DNA of 47,476 nt. Source: Thermoanaerobaculia bacterium (GTDB taxonomy: Bacteria > Acidobacteriota > Thermoanaerobaculia > Multivoradales > UBA5704). The position numbers and the translations under genes are program-made. This document shows positions 1 to 7,427 of the stretch, piece after piece (position 1 is the first letter of the stretch; each line of letters begins with the position of its first letter). The notes under the pieces are model-generated. The model was given only the letters and a program-made list of their open reading frames with translations, was not told the DNA's origin and made no database searches. Location: the NCBI GenBank assembly GCA_045807605.1, contig JBJMGZ010000658.1, forward strand, positions 1 to 47,476, written 5' to 3'.

Positions 1-1189
1 CCCGCGGCACTTCGACCACGGAGGCGAATGGGAACAGCAGCTCGGTGTTGGCGAGCGGATGGTCGGGGTCCTCGCACCAGACGACTGTCGGCAGCAGGAA
101 GGTGCAGCCCCCCACCTCCGCCACCCTCCCCCGCTCGATACCACGGATCTTCGCGGTGAGATCGTGCGCTCCGGGAACCCGCAGGTGCCGGTCGATCAGG
201 TCCGAGATGTGATGCGCCACCTGGGGCCGCGGGAACGCGGCCAGCCGCGCTTCGGGATGATCGAGCGGCAGCGCCGGGATTTCCGCCAGGCGCTGCGCGA
301 GCGCCTCGGCCAGCTCTCTTCCCCCGCTCGAGGTCCAGACGCTCGAGGCGTTGAGGCAGGAACGTCCGCCGTTCTCCGCGATCGAGGTCGCGATCAGATC
401 CAGGTGAGCCTCCCAGTCCTGGTCGAGGAGGACCTTGCTCCAGCCCGGGCCGTGGACCTGCACCCGCGGGTCCGCCTTCCAGGGGCGCACCGTGGCCTCG
501 TCGCCGAACAGCATCGACCGGCCACAGCGCAGGAGGATCTCCGCGGCTCCGGCGTGATCGCTCGGATAGAAGCCGAGCGCCGCGGGCGGCAGGCCGGCCG
601 CCATCAGCGCCTGGCAGATGCGGAACGGCGTCCAGGGCTCCTCGCGTCCCGGCTTGAGCGCCACCGGAATCCTGAGCGCCGGCGCCGGCAGCCAGAGGTT
701 GTGCACGCCCGGCGAGTTGCTCGGAAGGACCGCCCCCAGCACCCCGGCCTGGGGAAGGTAGGAGAGCCGGCGCCCATCCTGCGTGCCCAGCCCCGAGTCG
801 AGCACCGCGAGGTCGAGGCCCCGCGTCAGGCCGCCGAGCACCGCCTCCATGCCGTCGAGCACGGTGCGGATCTTCTCCATGTTGAACCGGCAGAGCGTCT
901 CCGGCAGGCCGCAGGTCGCCGAGAGCTGGCGCACGTACTCGTCCGGCGACTGGGGCCCATCACCAGGTAAATCGGCCTCCACGAACAGGCGCGCCGCCCG
1001 GCGGTAGATCTCCAGCAGCTCGCGGATGCTCAGATCCAGGCGCCGCATCCCGGCAAGATCCTTCGCGATGAGCCCCGGATTGGCCTGCGAGACTTCGGCG
1101 ACCACCTCGCCCGTGCGGAAGTCGCGCAGCGGCTTCACTTCCAGGCTGCGATAGGGGCGTCCGCCGCGGAGCAGGGGCAGGTGAAGCAT
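1..1189 (-). CDS. Aldehyde dehydrogenase-superfamily protein, candidate LuxC-like acyl-CoA/acyl-carrier reductase; the 3' end runs off the window. It is absent from the ORF track because no stop codon is present.
   Basis: My own reverse-complement translation from the ATG at 1187-1189 gives MLHLPLLRGGRPYRSLEVKPLRDFRTGEVVAEVSQANPGLIAKDL..., open for 396 codons to position 2. ALDH-type motifs are present: QVHGPGWSKVLL (ELGGK-like) and IAENGGRSCLNASSVW (catalytic Cys loop). The start shares one base with the upstream stop (TGATG). Confidence 0.6.
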   Translation of the reverse strand, partial: MLHLPLLRGGRPYRSLEVKPLRDFRTGEVVAEVSQANPGLIAKDLAGMRRLDLSIRELLEIYRRAARLFVEADLPGDGPQSPDEYVRQLSATCGLPETLCRFNMEKIRTVLDGMEAVLGGLTRGLDLAVLDSGLGTQDGRRLSYLPQAGVLGAVLPSNSPGVHNLWLPAPALRIPVALKPGREEPWTPFRICQALMAAGLPPAALGFYPSDHAGAAEILLRCGRSMLFGDEATVRPWKADPRVQVHGPGWSKVLLDQDWEAHLDLIATSIAENGGRSCLNASSVWTSSGGRELAEALAQRLAEIPALPLDHPEARLAAFPRPQVAHHISDLIDRHLRVPGAHDLTAKIRGIERGRVAEVGGCTFLLPTVVWCEDPDHPLANTELLFPFASVVEVPR

Positions 1190-2277
1190 CAATACACCCC
1201 GACGACCACCGAGTCCTGCAGCTCGGTCAGGAGGCGCAGGCCCGTCACGCCGTCCCACGGATAGCGCGCGATGGGCTCGGCCCGCTCGCCCTCGTCGCGC
1301 TCCAGGAATCTCGGCATGAAAAAATCGCGGGTGAGGGTCGTGAGCATCACCCGCCCGGTCTGCCCGTACTCGACGGCGCGCTCCGGGTCCTTGGGATCGA
1401 CCAGCTCGAAGACCGCGCGCGGAGCCGGCGGATAGTAGGTGATCGCGTAGTTGTCGGCAGGATCGAACGGCTTCGGGCAGGCGAGCCCCATGAGCGTGTT
1501 GCCGTACGTCGGGATGAATTCGATCCCCGGCACCAGCTCCTCGCGGGCGAAGCGGTGGAACTGCGCGTTCATCTCCGTGCCGCCGCAGAAGATGCCGCGG
1601 ATGCCGAGCTTGACCAGCGACACCCGCTCACAGAGCGCTTCGAGCAGCTTCGGCGTGGTGAACAGGCAGCGGATCTCGTGCGCGCGGAGCACCGTGAGCC
1701 CCTGCTCGATCACGTGCGCCTTGTACTCCTGCATCTCGCGATGGCGGCCGTTCTTGACCAGCCGGTTGACCCAGCGCGGATCGAGATCGACGTGGAAGCA
1801 GATGCCGCCGCGGTGCTGCGCCAGGTGCTCGACCGCCAGCCGCAGCCGGCGCGGCCCGGTGGGCCCGAGCATGAGCCAGTCCGCGCCCGGGGGAAAACCA
1901 TCCTCGGGCAGCTCCTCGCTGTAGCGCTCGTAATCGATCTGGAAGTCCTCGATGTTGACCCGCGACTTCGGCACGCCGGTCGAGCCGCCGGTCTCGAACA
2001 CGTACGCCGGACGGCCGGCCAGGCCGCGCGGAATCCACCGGCGCACCGGACCGCCGCGCAGCCACGAGTCCTCGAAATGGCCGAACAGCCTGAGGTCCTC
2101 GTAACCTCTCACTTCCTTGCGCGGATCGAACCCGAGGCCCGCTGCCCGCTCCAGCCAGAACGGGCAGCCGGTCTTCGGATCGAAGTGCCAGGCCACGATC
2201 TCGCGCACGTGGGCGTCGAGCCGTGCGCGCGCTTCGGCAATCCTTTCGGCCAGCGAGGGCCGCGTCAGGACATCCAT
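1189..2277 (-). CDS. Adenylate-forming enzyme, LuxE acyl-protein synthetase / PaaK / F390-synthetase-like (ANL superfamily)
   Basis: Track ORF 1189..2280. I prefer the ATG at 2275-2277, the second residue of the track ORF, which itself starts on TTG. That ATG overlaps the upstream TGA as TGATG. The P-loop-like motif FETGGSTGVPKS is present. The length of about 362 aa fits LuxE/PaaK-like enzymes rather than NRPS A domains. Confidence 0.6.
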   Translation of the reverse strand: MDVLTRPSLAERIAEARARLDAHVREIVAWHFDPKTGCPFWLERAAGLGFDPRKEVRGYEDLRLFGHFEDSWLRGGPVRRWIPRGLAGRPAYVFETGGSTGVPKSRVNIEDFQIDYERYSEELPEDGFPPGADWLMLGPTGPRRLRLAVEHLAQHRGGICFHVDLDPRWVNRLVKNGRHREMQEYKAHVIEQGLTVLRAHEIRCLFTTPKLLEALCERVSLVKLGIRGIFCGGTEMNAQFHRFAREELVPGIEFIPTYGNTLMGLACPKPFDPADNYAITYYPPAPRAVFELVDPKDPERAVEYGQTGRVMLTTLTRDFFMPRFLERDEGERAEPIARYPWDGVTGLRLLTELQDSVVVGVY

Positions 2278-3728
2278 CAAGGGGCCTTCTTCTCCGGCGC
2301 CTTGCCCTTGCCCTCGGCGATCGCCCAGAGCTTGCCGCGCGAGCCGATGTAGAGGACGCCGTCCCTGGCCACCGGAGTCTGGTAGACGGAGCTTCCCATG
2401 TTCACCTCGAACAGAACCTCCTTCTTCTTGCCCGCCCGCAGCACGACGACGTCGCCGTCCTCGTCCCCCAGGTAGACCTTGCCGTCGGCCACGAAGGGCG
2501 AGCCCCAGATCGCGGCATAGACGTCATACGTCCAGAACAGCTCTCCGGTTCTGGCGTCGAGCGCATGGAGATGGCCGGAGAGGTCCGCCGCGTAGAGGAT
2601 GCCGTCCGCGATGGCCACGGTCGAGAGCGTGCGGTGGAAGTCCTCGCCCCCGCGGTGCCAGACCACGGCCTTGGCCGTGACGTCGCCGTCCATCGAGGCA
2701 TCGACCGCCCACAGGTGGCCGATCCCTTCGCCGTGCTCCGGGTCCTCGCCGACCCCGACGTAGACCTTGTCGTCCCAGATGACCGGCGTCGCGATGATGT
2801 TGTTGCGGGTCGCGGCGCCGCCGATCTTGTAGACGGCATCCTTCGGGTTGCAGTCGAACTTCCAGAGCAGGGTGCCGGTCTTGGGCTCGAACGAGTAGAG
2901 CCAGCCGTCGCCGCCCGGAAAGACCACCTGCGCCCGGCCCTTGATCACGCCGTAGGCCGGATTGGACCACTGCCCGTGCATGATCTTGTCCTTCGGCAGG
3001 GAGCTCTCCCAGAGCAGCTTGCCGGTCTTCTTGTCGACCGCGATGAAGCTCGGCGCCTCCGGCGCAGGGACGTTGACGTGCCCCTCGTCGACGCCGTTGC
3101 CGGTGACGGTGTAGATCACGTCGCCGACGATCAGCGGGCTGCCCGCCGCCAGGTTGTGCGGGAACACGTCCAACTCGCCGATCATGTCGAACTTCCACGC
3201 CACGTCCTCGTCGATCTCGCTCTTCTCGGCTTCGTCCTGCACCGGTCCGTCGTTCTCCTTGTCGAGGAACCCCGCGGTGTCGGCCGCGACCAGCTCGGCG
3301 CGGTTGGAGATGTAATAGACGCGGTCGCCCTCCACCGCGGGGTTGGAGCAGATCCCCTGCAGCGGCCAGTCGTTGACCCGGCCGGCCGGGAGCTTGGGAT
3401 AGGCCGCCTGCCACAGGAACTTGCCGTCCTTGGCGTCGAACACCATGAGCACGCCGCGGTCGCCGGTGAGCTTGGGGTTCCTCAGCCCTTCGTTGTTGGT
3501 GCCCACGAACACCTTGCCGTCGCCCACGACAGGGCCGCCGTAGTTCTGCGAGCCCAGCGTCGCGGTCCACAGGATGTTCTCGCCCGTCTCCGGGTTCCAC
3601 TTCGTGGGCAGCCCCTTCTCGTCCGAGGCCATGTTGCGCGAAGGGCCGTTGCCGAACATCGACACCTGCCCCAGGCTGGGAGCGGCCAGCAGCAGGCCGG
3701 CCGCGATCAGCTTCTCGATAGGCTTCAT
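2277..3728 (-). CDS. Secreted PQQ-like (BamB/PQQ_2-type) beta-propeller repeat protein, 483 aa
   Basis: This is the real part of track ORF 2277..5723, starting at MKPIEKLIAAGLLLAAPSLGQVS (signal-peptide-like). The ATG at 3726-3728 overlaps the upstream stop as ATGA. It carries repeated propeller blades of the form 'G.VY.G...G.L.A.D..TG...W'. The upstream 660 residues of the track ORF are an Arg/Gly/Pro-rich out-of-frame read over the neighbouring gene. Confidence 0.75.
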   Translation of the reverse strand: MKPIEKLIAAGLLLAAPSLGQVSMFGNGPSRNMASDEKGLPTKWNPETGENILWTATLGSQNYGGPVVGDGKVFVGTNNEGLRNPKLTGDRGVLMVFDAKDGKFLWQAAYPKLPAGRVNDWPLQGICSNPAVEGDRVYYISNRAELVAADTAGFLDKENDGPVQDEAEKSEIDEDVAWKFDMIGELDVFPHNLAAGSPLIVGDVIYTVTGNGVDEGHVNVPAPEAPSFIAVDKKTGKLLWESSLPKDKIMHGQWSNPAYGVIKGRAQVVFPGGDGWLYSFEPKTGTLLWKFDCNPKDAVYKIGGAATRNNIIATPVIWDDKVYVGVGEDPEHGEGIGHLWAVDASMDGDVTAKAVVWHRGGEDFHRTLSTVAIADGILYAADLSGHLHALDARTGELFWTYDVYAAIWGSPFVADGKVYLGDEDGDVVVLRAGKKKEVLFEVNMGSSVYQTPVARDGVLYIGSRGKLWAIAEGKGKAPEKKAP

Positions 3729-5947
3729 GGGTTGTTCACCGCCACCTGAAGGTTGTCGTAATAGATCTCCGCCGCCGAGTAGCCATAGATCCCGGGGCTC
3801 CCCTGGCGGACCGGCTGCGGGTCTTCGGCCGTGATCGTCCACTCCTGGGGCTCGGGCTCGCCGCGGCGCCAGACCTTGCCGCGCAGGAGCGCCTTGTCCC
3901 CCTGCTGGTCGACACGGAACTTCATCGTGTACCAGACGTCCGGCTCCCACGGGAACGGCACCGACTTCTCCAGCCGCAGCTCCGAGGCCCAGCCGCGGAG
4001 CTGGATCTTCTGGTGGTTGCCCATCAGGTCCATGTGGTAGCCGCTGTTGATGAGCCCCAGGTCCGGCCGCTTGCGGCCCTTGACTGCGCCGCGCAGGTCC
4101 GCCTGGATCGTGTAGCCCGAGAGCTCGTCGGGGCCGAAGAAGACGTCCGAGCGGTCGAGCCCGACCGCCACGGGAGGCTTCGACAGGACCTTGCCGCCGT
4201 CCATCTCCTTGACCGGGAACTTGAGACCGGCCGCGATCCACCAGGGCGGCGTCTTGCCGGTCTCGACCGCCTCGAAGTCGTAGGTCCATGGCAGCGGCGG
4301 GATCACCCGCACCCGCGCCGCGCCTTCGAGCGCCCCCGACTTCACGGTCACCTTGCCGGCCTGCGGCTTGCCGGCGTCCGGCGTGAAAGAGCCGCCGTCG
4401 AGCTTGCCGGCCAGTCCCTGCAGCGCCCAATCCGCATTCGCCGGAGCCGGCAGGGGGTGCCCCTGGGCGTCGAAGGCCCGCACCTGGAAGCGCGCGGTCT
4501 GCCCGGGCTGGATCAGGACCTCCGCCGGCACGACCTGGAGCGCGGCGGGCTGTCCCTGGGCAGCCGGTTCCTTGAGCACCACCGGCGCGCTCTTCGCCGC
4601 CTTGAACGGCTTGCGCTTGTCGCCCAGGCAGTAGAGCCCCGCTTCCGTGGACAGGTAGACGCGGCCGTAGGCGATCGCCGGCGAGCCGTAAAGCTCGGCG
4701 TAGCGGCCGGCCGGGCCCTCGGTCGCGTCCTGGACCGTGATCTCGTCCATGTCGAGCGTCTGCACGCCGTCCGGACCCGGCTTGAGGATGTGGAAGCGGC
4801 CGTTCGTCTCGGTCACGTAGATCTTGCCGTCGGCCCAGACCGGCGAGCCCTTGCCCACCGTGCCCAGCTTGTGCTTCCAGAGCTGGCGGCCGGTCTTGGC
4901 CTCGACGGCGAAGAGGTTGGCCGAGTTGTCGACCACGTAGACGGTGCCGTCGTGGACGAGCGGCGACGAGAAGCCGGCACCCAGCTCCTCCACCCGCCAG
5001 CGCTCGTGGGTCTTGGTGACGTCGCCGGTGCCGGTCGCGTCGATGGCGACCAGCCGCCCCATGACTCCCGGCGTGTCGACGTTCTCTTCGCTGTGGGAGG
5101 CGTAGACCGTGTCGCCGTCCACCGCGACCGTGATGTTGATGCCGGCCTTGGTGAGCTGGAAGTCCCAGACCTTCTCCCCCGTGCGCGCCCGGATGGCATG
5201 GATCCAGCCGTCGGCGTTGCCCTCGACGAGCAGCCGCTGGCCGTTCACCACCGCCGCCACCGGCGTCGTCGAGGTGTTGAGGTCGTAAGGCTGGACGCCC
5301 TGGTTCGAGGCCCAGAGCAGGTCGCCGGTCTTCTTGTCGAAGGCGAAAGTCCGGTGGCGGGGCGGCCCCTGCTCCCCCCAGCCCGCGTTGACGAAGGAGA
5401 GGACGAGCCGGTCCTCGTCGATCATCGGCGTGTGGGTACGGCCGCCGAAGCCGGAGTAGAGGCCGAACTCCTCGGTCAGCTCGCGCGACCAGAGCACCTT
5501 GCCGGCGCGGTCGAAGGCGACGAGGAGGCCGCCGACGCCGTGGACGTAGAGATTGCCCGTCTCCGGATCGCCGACCACGTTGGCCCAGCCCACACGATTG
5601 AAGGGGACCATCGAGAGGTAGACGTCGAGGCGGTGCTCCCAGAGCTTTTTGCCGCTGCCAGCGTCGAAGCAGGCCACGATCTCCTGCTTGTGGAGCCCCT
5701 GGCCCACCCGGCCGTTGGCGCACGCGCGCCCGTCGAAGACGACCGGGGTGGAACGGCCGACGAGATCAGCCCGCCAGACGAGGTTTTCGCCCTCGGGCGA
5801 CCAGCTCGAGATCAGCCCGGTCTCGGGCGAGACCCCGTCCTGGCCGGGCCCGCGCCAGAAAGGCCACTCCCCGGCCGACGACGGGCGCGCGGCAAGTTGG
5901 AAGAGAAGGAGGAGGAAGATTCCCACGCGGCATGATTTCCATTGCAT
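3725..5947 (-). CDS. Secreted PQQ-like beta-propeller protein with an Ig-like domain and a C-terminal ConA/DUF1080-like jelly-roll domain, 740 aa
   Basis: Track ORF 3725..5947. The N-terminus MQWKSCRVGIFLLLLFQLAARPSSAGEWPFWRGPGQDG is a signal peptide followed by the typical WP.WRGP propeller entry. The middle segment LQVVPAEVLIQPGQTARFQVRAFDAQG is Big_2-like. The C-terminus ...GSPGIYGYSAAEIYYDNLQV is lectin/DUF1080-like (tentative). A GGAGAG Shine-Dalgarno sequence lies about 7 nt upstream of the ATG. Confidence 0.75.
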   Translation of the reverse strand: MQWKSCRVGIFLLLLFQLAARPSSAGEWPFWRGPGQDGVSPETGLISSWSPEGENLVWRADLVGRSTPVVFDGRACANGRVGQGLHKQEIVACFDAGSGKKLWEHRLDVYLSMVPFNRVGWANVVGDPETGNLYVHGVGGLLVAFDRAGKVLWSRELTEEFGLYSGFGGRTHTPMIDEDRLVLSFVNAGWGEQGPPRHRTFAFDKKTGDLLWASNQGVQPYDLNTSTTPVAAVVNGQRLLVEGNADGWIHAIRARTGEKVWDFQLTKAGINITVAVDGDTVYASHSEENVDTPGVMGRLVAIDATGTGDVTKTHERWRVEELGAGFSSPLVHDGTVYVVDNSANLFAVEAKTGRQLWKHKLGTVGKGSPVWADGKIYVTETNGRFHILKPGPDGVQTLDMDEITVQDATEGPAGRYAELYGSPAIAYGRVYLSTEAGLYCLGDKRKPFKAAKSAPVVLKEPAAQGQPAALQVVPAEVLIQPGQTARFQVRAFDAQGHPLPAPANADWALQGLAGKLDGGSFTPDAGKPQAGKVTVKSGALEGAARVRVIPPLPWTYDFEAVETGKTPPWWIAAGLKFPVKEMDGGKVLSKPPVAVGLDRSDVFFGPDELSGYTIQADLRGAVKGRKRPDLGLINSGYHMDLMGNHQKIQLRGWASELRLEKSVPFPWEPDVWYTMKFRVDQQGDKALLRGKVWRRGEPEPQEWTITAEDPQPVRQGSPGIYGYSAAEIYYDNLQVAVNNP

Positions 5948-6019
5948 CCTGAGCTCTCCTGGACCAGGTCTGCCGACAGGGCGCGACCGCCACCCCAGCT
6001 CTCCTGCAGGCTCCCGGCG

Positions 6020-6063
6020 AGTATAGCCAAACGTCTTCTGGCGTCGCTGTAAAAACTTTGTAA
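6020..6063 (-). promoter_or_regulatory. Candidate promoter/operator in the only AT-rich island of the window, upstream of the beta-propeller operon
   Basis: The minus strand reads GTTACAAAGTTTTTACAGCGACGCCAGAAGACGTTTGGCTATACT. This contains a direct repeat TTACA-N6-TTACA (6048-6063) and a TATACT -10-like hexamer (6020-6025) about 73 nt before the ATG at 5947. The spacing from TTACAG to TATACT is 21 nt, so this is not a canonical sigma-70 promoter. Confidence 0.25.
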
Positions 6064-6077
6064 CTGATTCTTTCCTC

Positions 6078-7427
6078 TCAGGTTTGCCCGAGCGCCACCG
6101 GCGCTGCGCCGGGCGTCTCCAGGCGCTCCTCGGGCAGAGCGTCCGGCAGCTCCGCCTCGAGCCGGCGCAGGCGGGGATACCGGGAGAACACCGCGACGGT
6201 CGTCGCGACGACGAGACCGAGCACGATGAGCAGCAGGGCGATCCCGCGCCCCTTGCCCACCCCGATCAGGCGTCCGGCGCTGCCGGCGAGAGCGCCGTCC
6301 GCCGCCAGCAGCGGCTCGAAGACCCGGTCTGCCAGAGGCCCAGCCAGAAGATAGCCCAAAGGCAGGGTCGACCATGCCACCATTCTGCGCACCGCGAACA
6401 CGCGGCCCTGCAGGTCGGGCGGGACCTTGGACTGCCAGAGCGCCTGGCTCGAGCCGAGGACGATCGGGGCGGCGAACAGAAACACGAACCCCGCCGCGGC
6501 GATGAGCAGCGCGCTGGGCCGCAGCCCTCCGACCATCAGCATCACTCCCTGCAGAAACAGGAAGAGCAGGATGCCGGAGACCCGCCGCGACGGCCCTCCC
6601 CAGGCGCTCATCAGCAGGCTGCCCGCCAGCATGCCGAGGCCGGCCGCCGAGGCCACGCGGCCGAGCACGGCGGCCGAGGCGAAAGAGAGGACCATCGGGG
6701 CGAGCAGGACCTGCATCATGCCCATGCTGAGGTTGATGGCGGCGAGCAGACCCAGCAGCGACAGCAGGCCCGGGCGCTGCCGGATGTACGACCAGCCCGA
6801 CGCGGCCTCGCGCAGCAGCGAGCCGCGGCCCGCCTCGCCCTCGGCCGTGGCCGCGGCGCGCGGCACGCGCACGGAGAGGAGCGTGGCCACGGCGACGAGG
6901 AAGGTCGCGAAGTCGATGAGCACGACCCCCTGGAGCCCGATGCTCACCACCAGGGCTCCGGCGAGCACCGGGGCCGCGAGCTCGGCGACCGCATTGCCCA
7001 TCTGCGTCAGGCCGGCGGCGCGCCCGAGCTGATCCCTGGGGACGAGCAGGGTCGTGGCGGCGGTGAACGCCGGCCACTGGAGCGTGCCGAAGACCGAGCC
7101 CAGGGCCAGGAGGGGATAGATGTGCCAGAGCTCCAGCCGGCCGTGCCAGAACAGGAGCGCGAGGATCAGGGTGGTGCACCCGGCGCCCGCATCGCCCAGG
7201 ATCATCGCCTTGCGCCGGTCCCAGCGGTCCACCAGCGCGCCGGCGAACGGCGCCAGGAGGATGCCGGGCAACGTGGTCACCAGGGCGATGAGGGCGAACC
7301 GGGTCGCCGAGCCCGTGCGCTGGAAGACCCACACACCCAGGGCGAAGCCGGTGAGGCTGGAGCCCAGGGTCGAGACCACCTGGCCCGCCCAGATGGCAAG
7401 AAAGGCTGTCATGCCGCGGCCCTTCAT
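6078..7427 (-). CDS. MFS transporter, EntS/MFS_3-like exporter
   Basis: Track ORF 6078..7553. I prefer the start at MKGRGMTAFLAIWAGQVVSTLG (ATG 7425-7427), which forms an ATGA overlap with the NRPS-5 stop. The protein is hydrophobic throughout (about 12 TM segments) and carries the signature GALVDRWDRRKAMILGD typical of the enterobactin-exporter-like MFS family. Confidence 0.8.
   Translation of the reverse strand: MKGRGMTAFLAIWAGQVVSTLGSSLTGFALGVWVFQRTGSATRFALIALVTTLPGILLAPFAGALVDRWDRRKAMILGDAGAGCTTLILALLFWHGRLELWHIYPLLALGSVFGTLQWPAFTAATTLLVPRDQLGRAAGLTQMGNAVAELAAPVLAGALVVSIGLQGVVLIDFATFLVAVATLLSVRVPRAAATAEGEAGRGSLLREAASGWSYIRQRPGLLSLLGLLAAINLSMGMMQVLLAPMVLSFASAAVLGRVASAAGLGMLAGSLLMSAWGGPSRRVSGILLFLFLQGVMLMVGGLRPSALLIAAAGFVFLFAAPIVLGSSQALWQSKVPPDLQGRVFAVRRMVAWSTLPLGYLLAGPLADRVFEPLLAADGALAGSAGRLIGVGKGRGIALLLIVLGLVVATTVAVFSRYPRLRRLEAELPDALPEERLETPGAAPVALGQT

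Noticed and set aside
59-970. A 303 aa plus-strand ORF at the left edge, together with 783..1007.
   Set aside because: It is a shadow of the ALDH-like gene on the minus strand, which has clear catalytic motifs. The plus-strand translation is Arg/Pro-rich with no motifs.
1451-2680. Numerous 60-270 aa ORFs in alternative frames on both strands, here and throughout the window.
   Set aside because: All overlap strongly supported genes. Their composition (Arg/Ser/Pro/Ala runs) is typical of off-frame GC-rich translation, and none shows an MbtH-like, RiPP-precursor-like or other recognisable motif.
5948-6077. A Rho-independent terminator after the MFS gene, and a canonical sigma-70 promoter.
   Set aside because: Only a weak 4 bp stem (GCCA...TGGC) without a U-tract is present. 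The TTACAG/TATACT pair is 21 nt apart. It is kept only as a low-confidence regulatory region.
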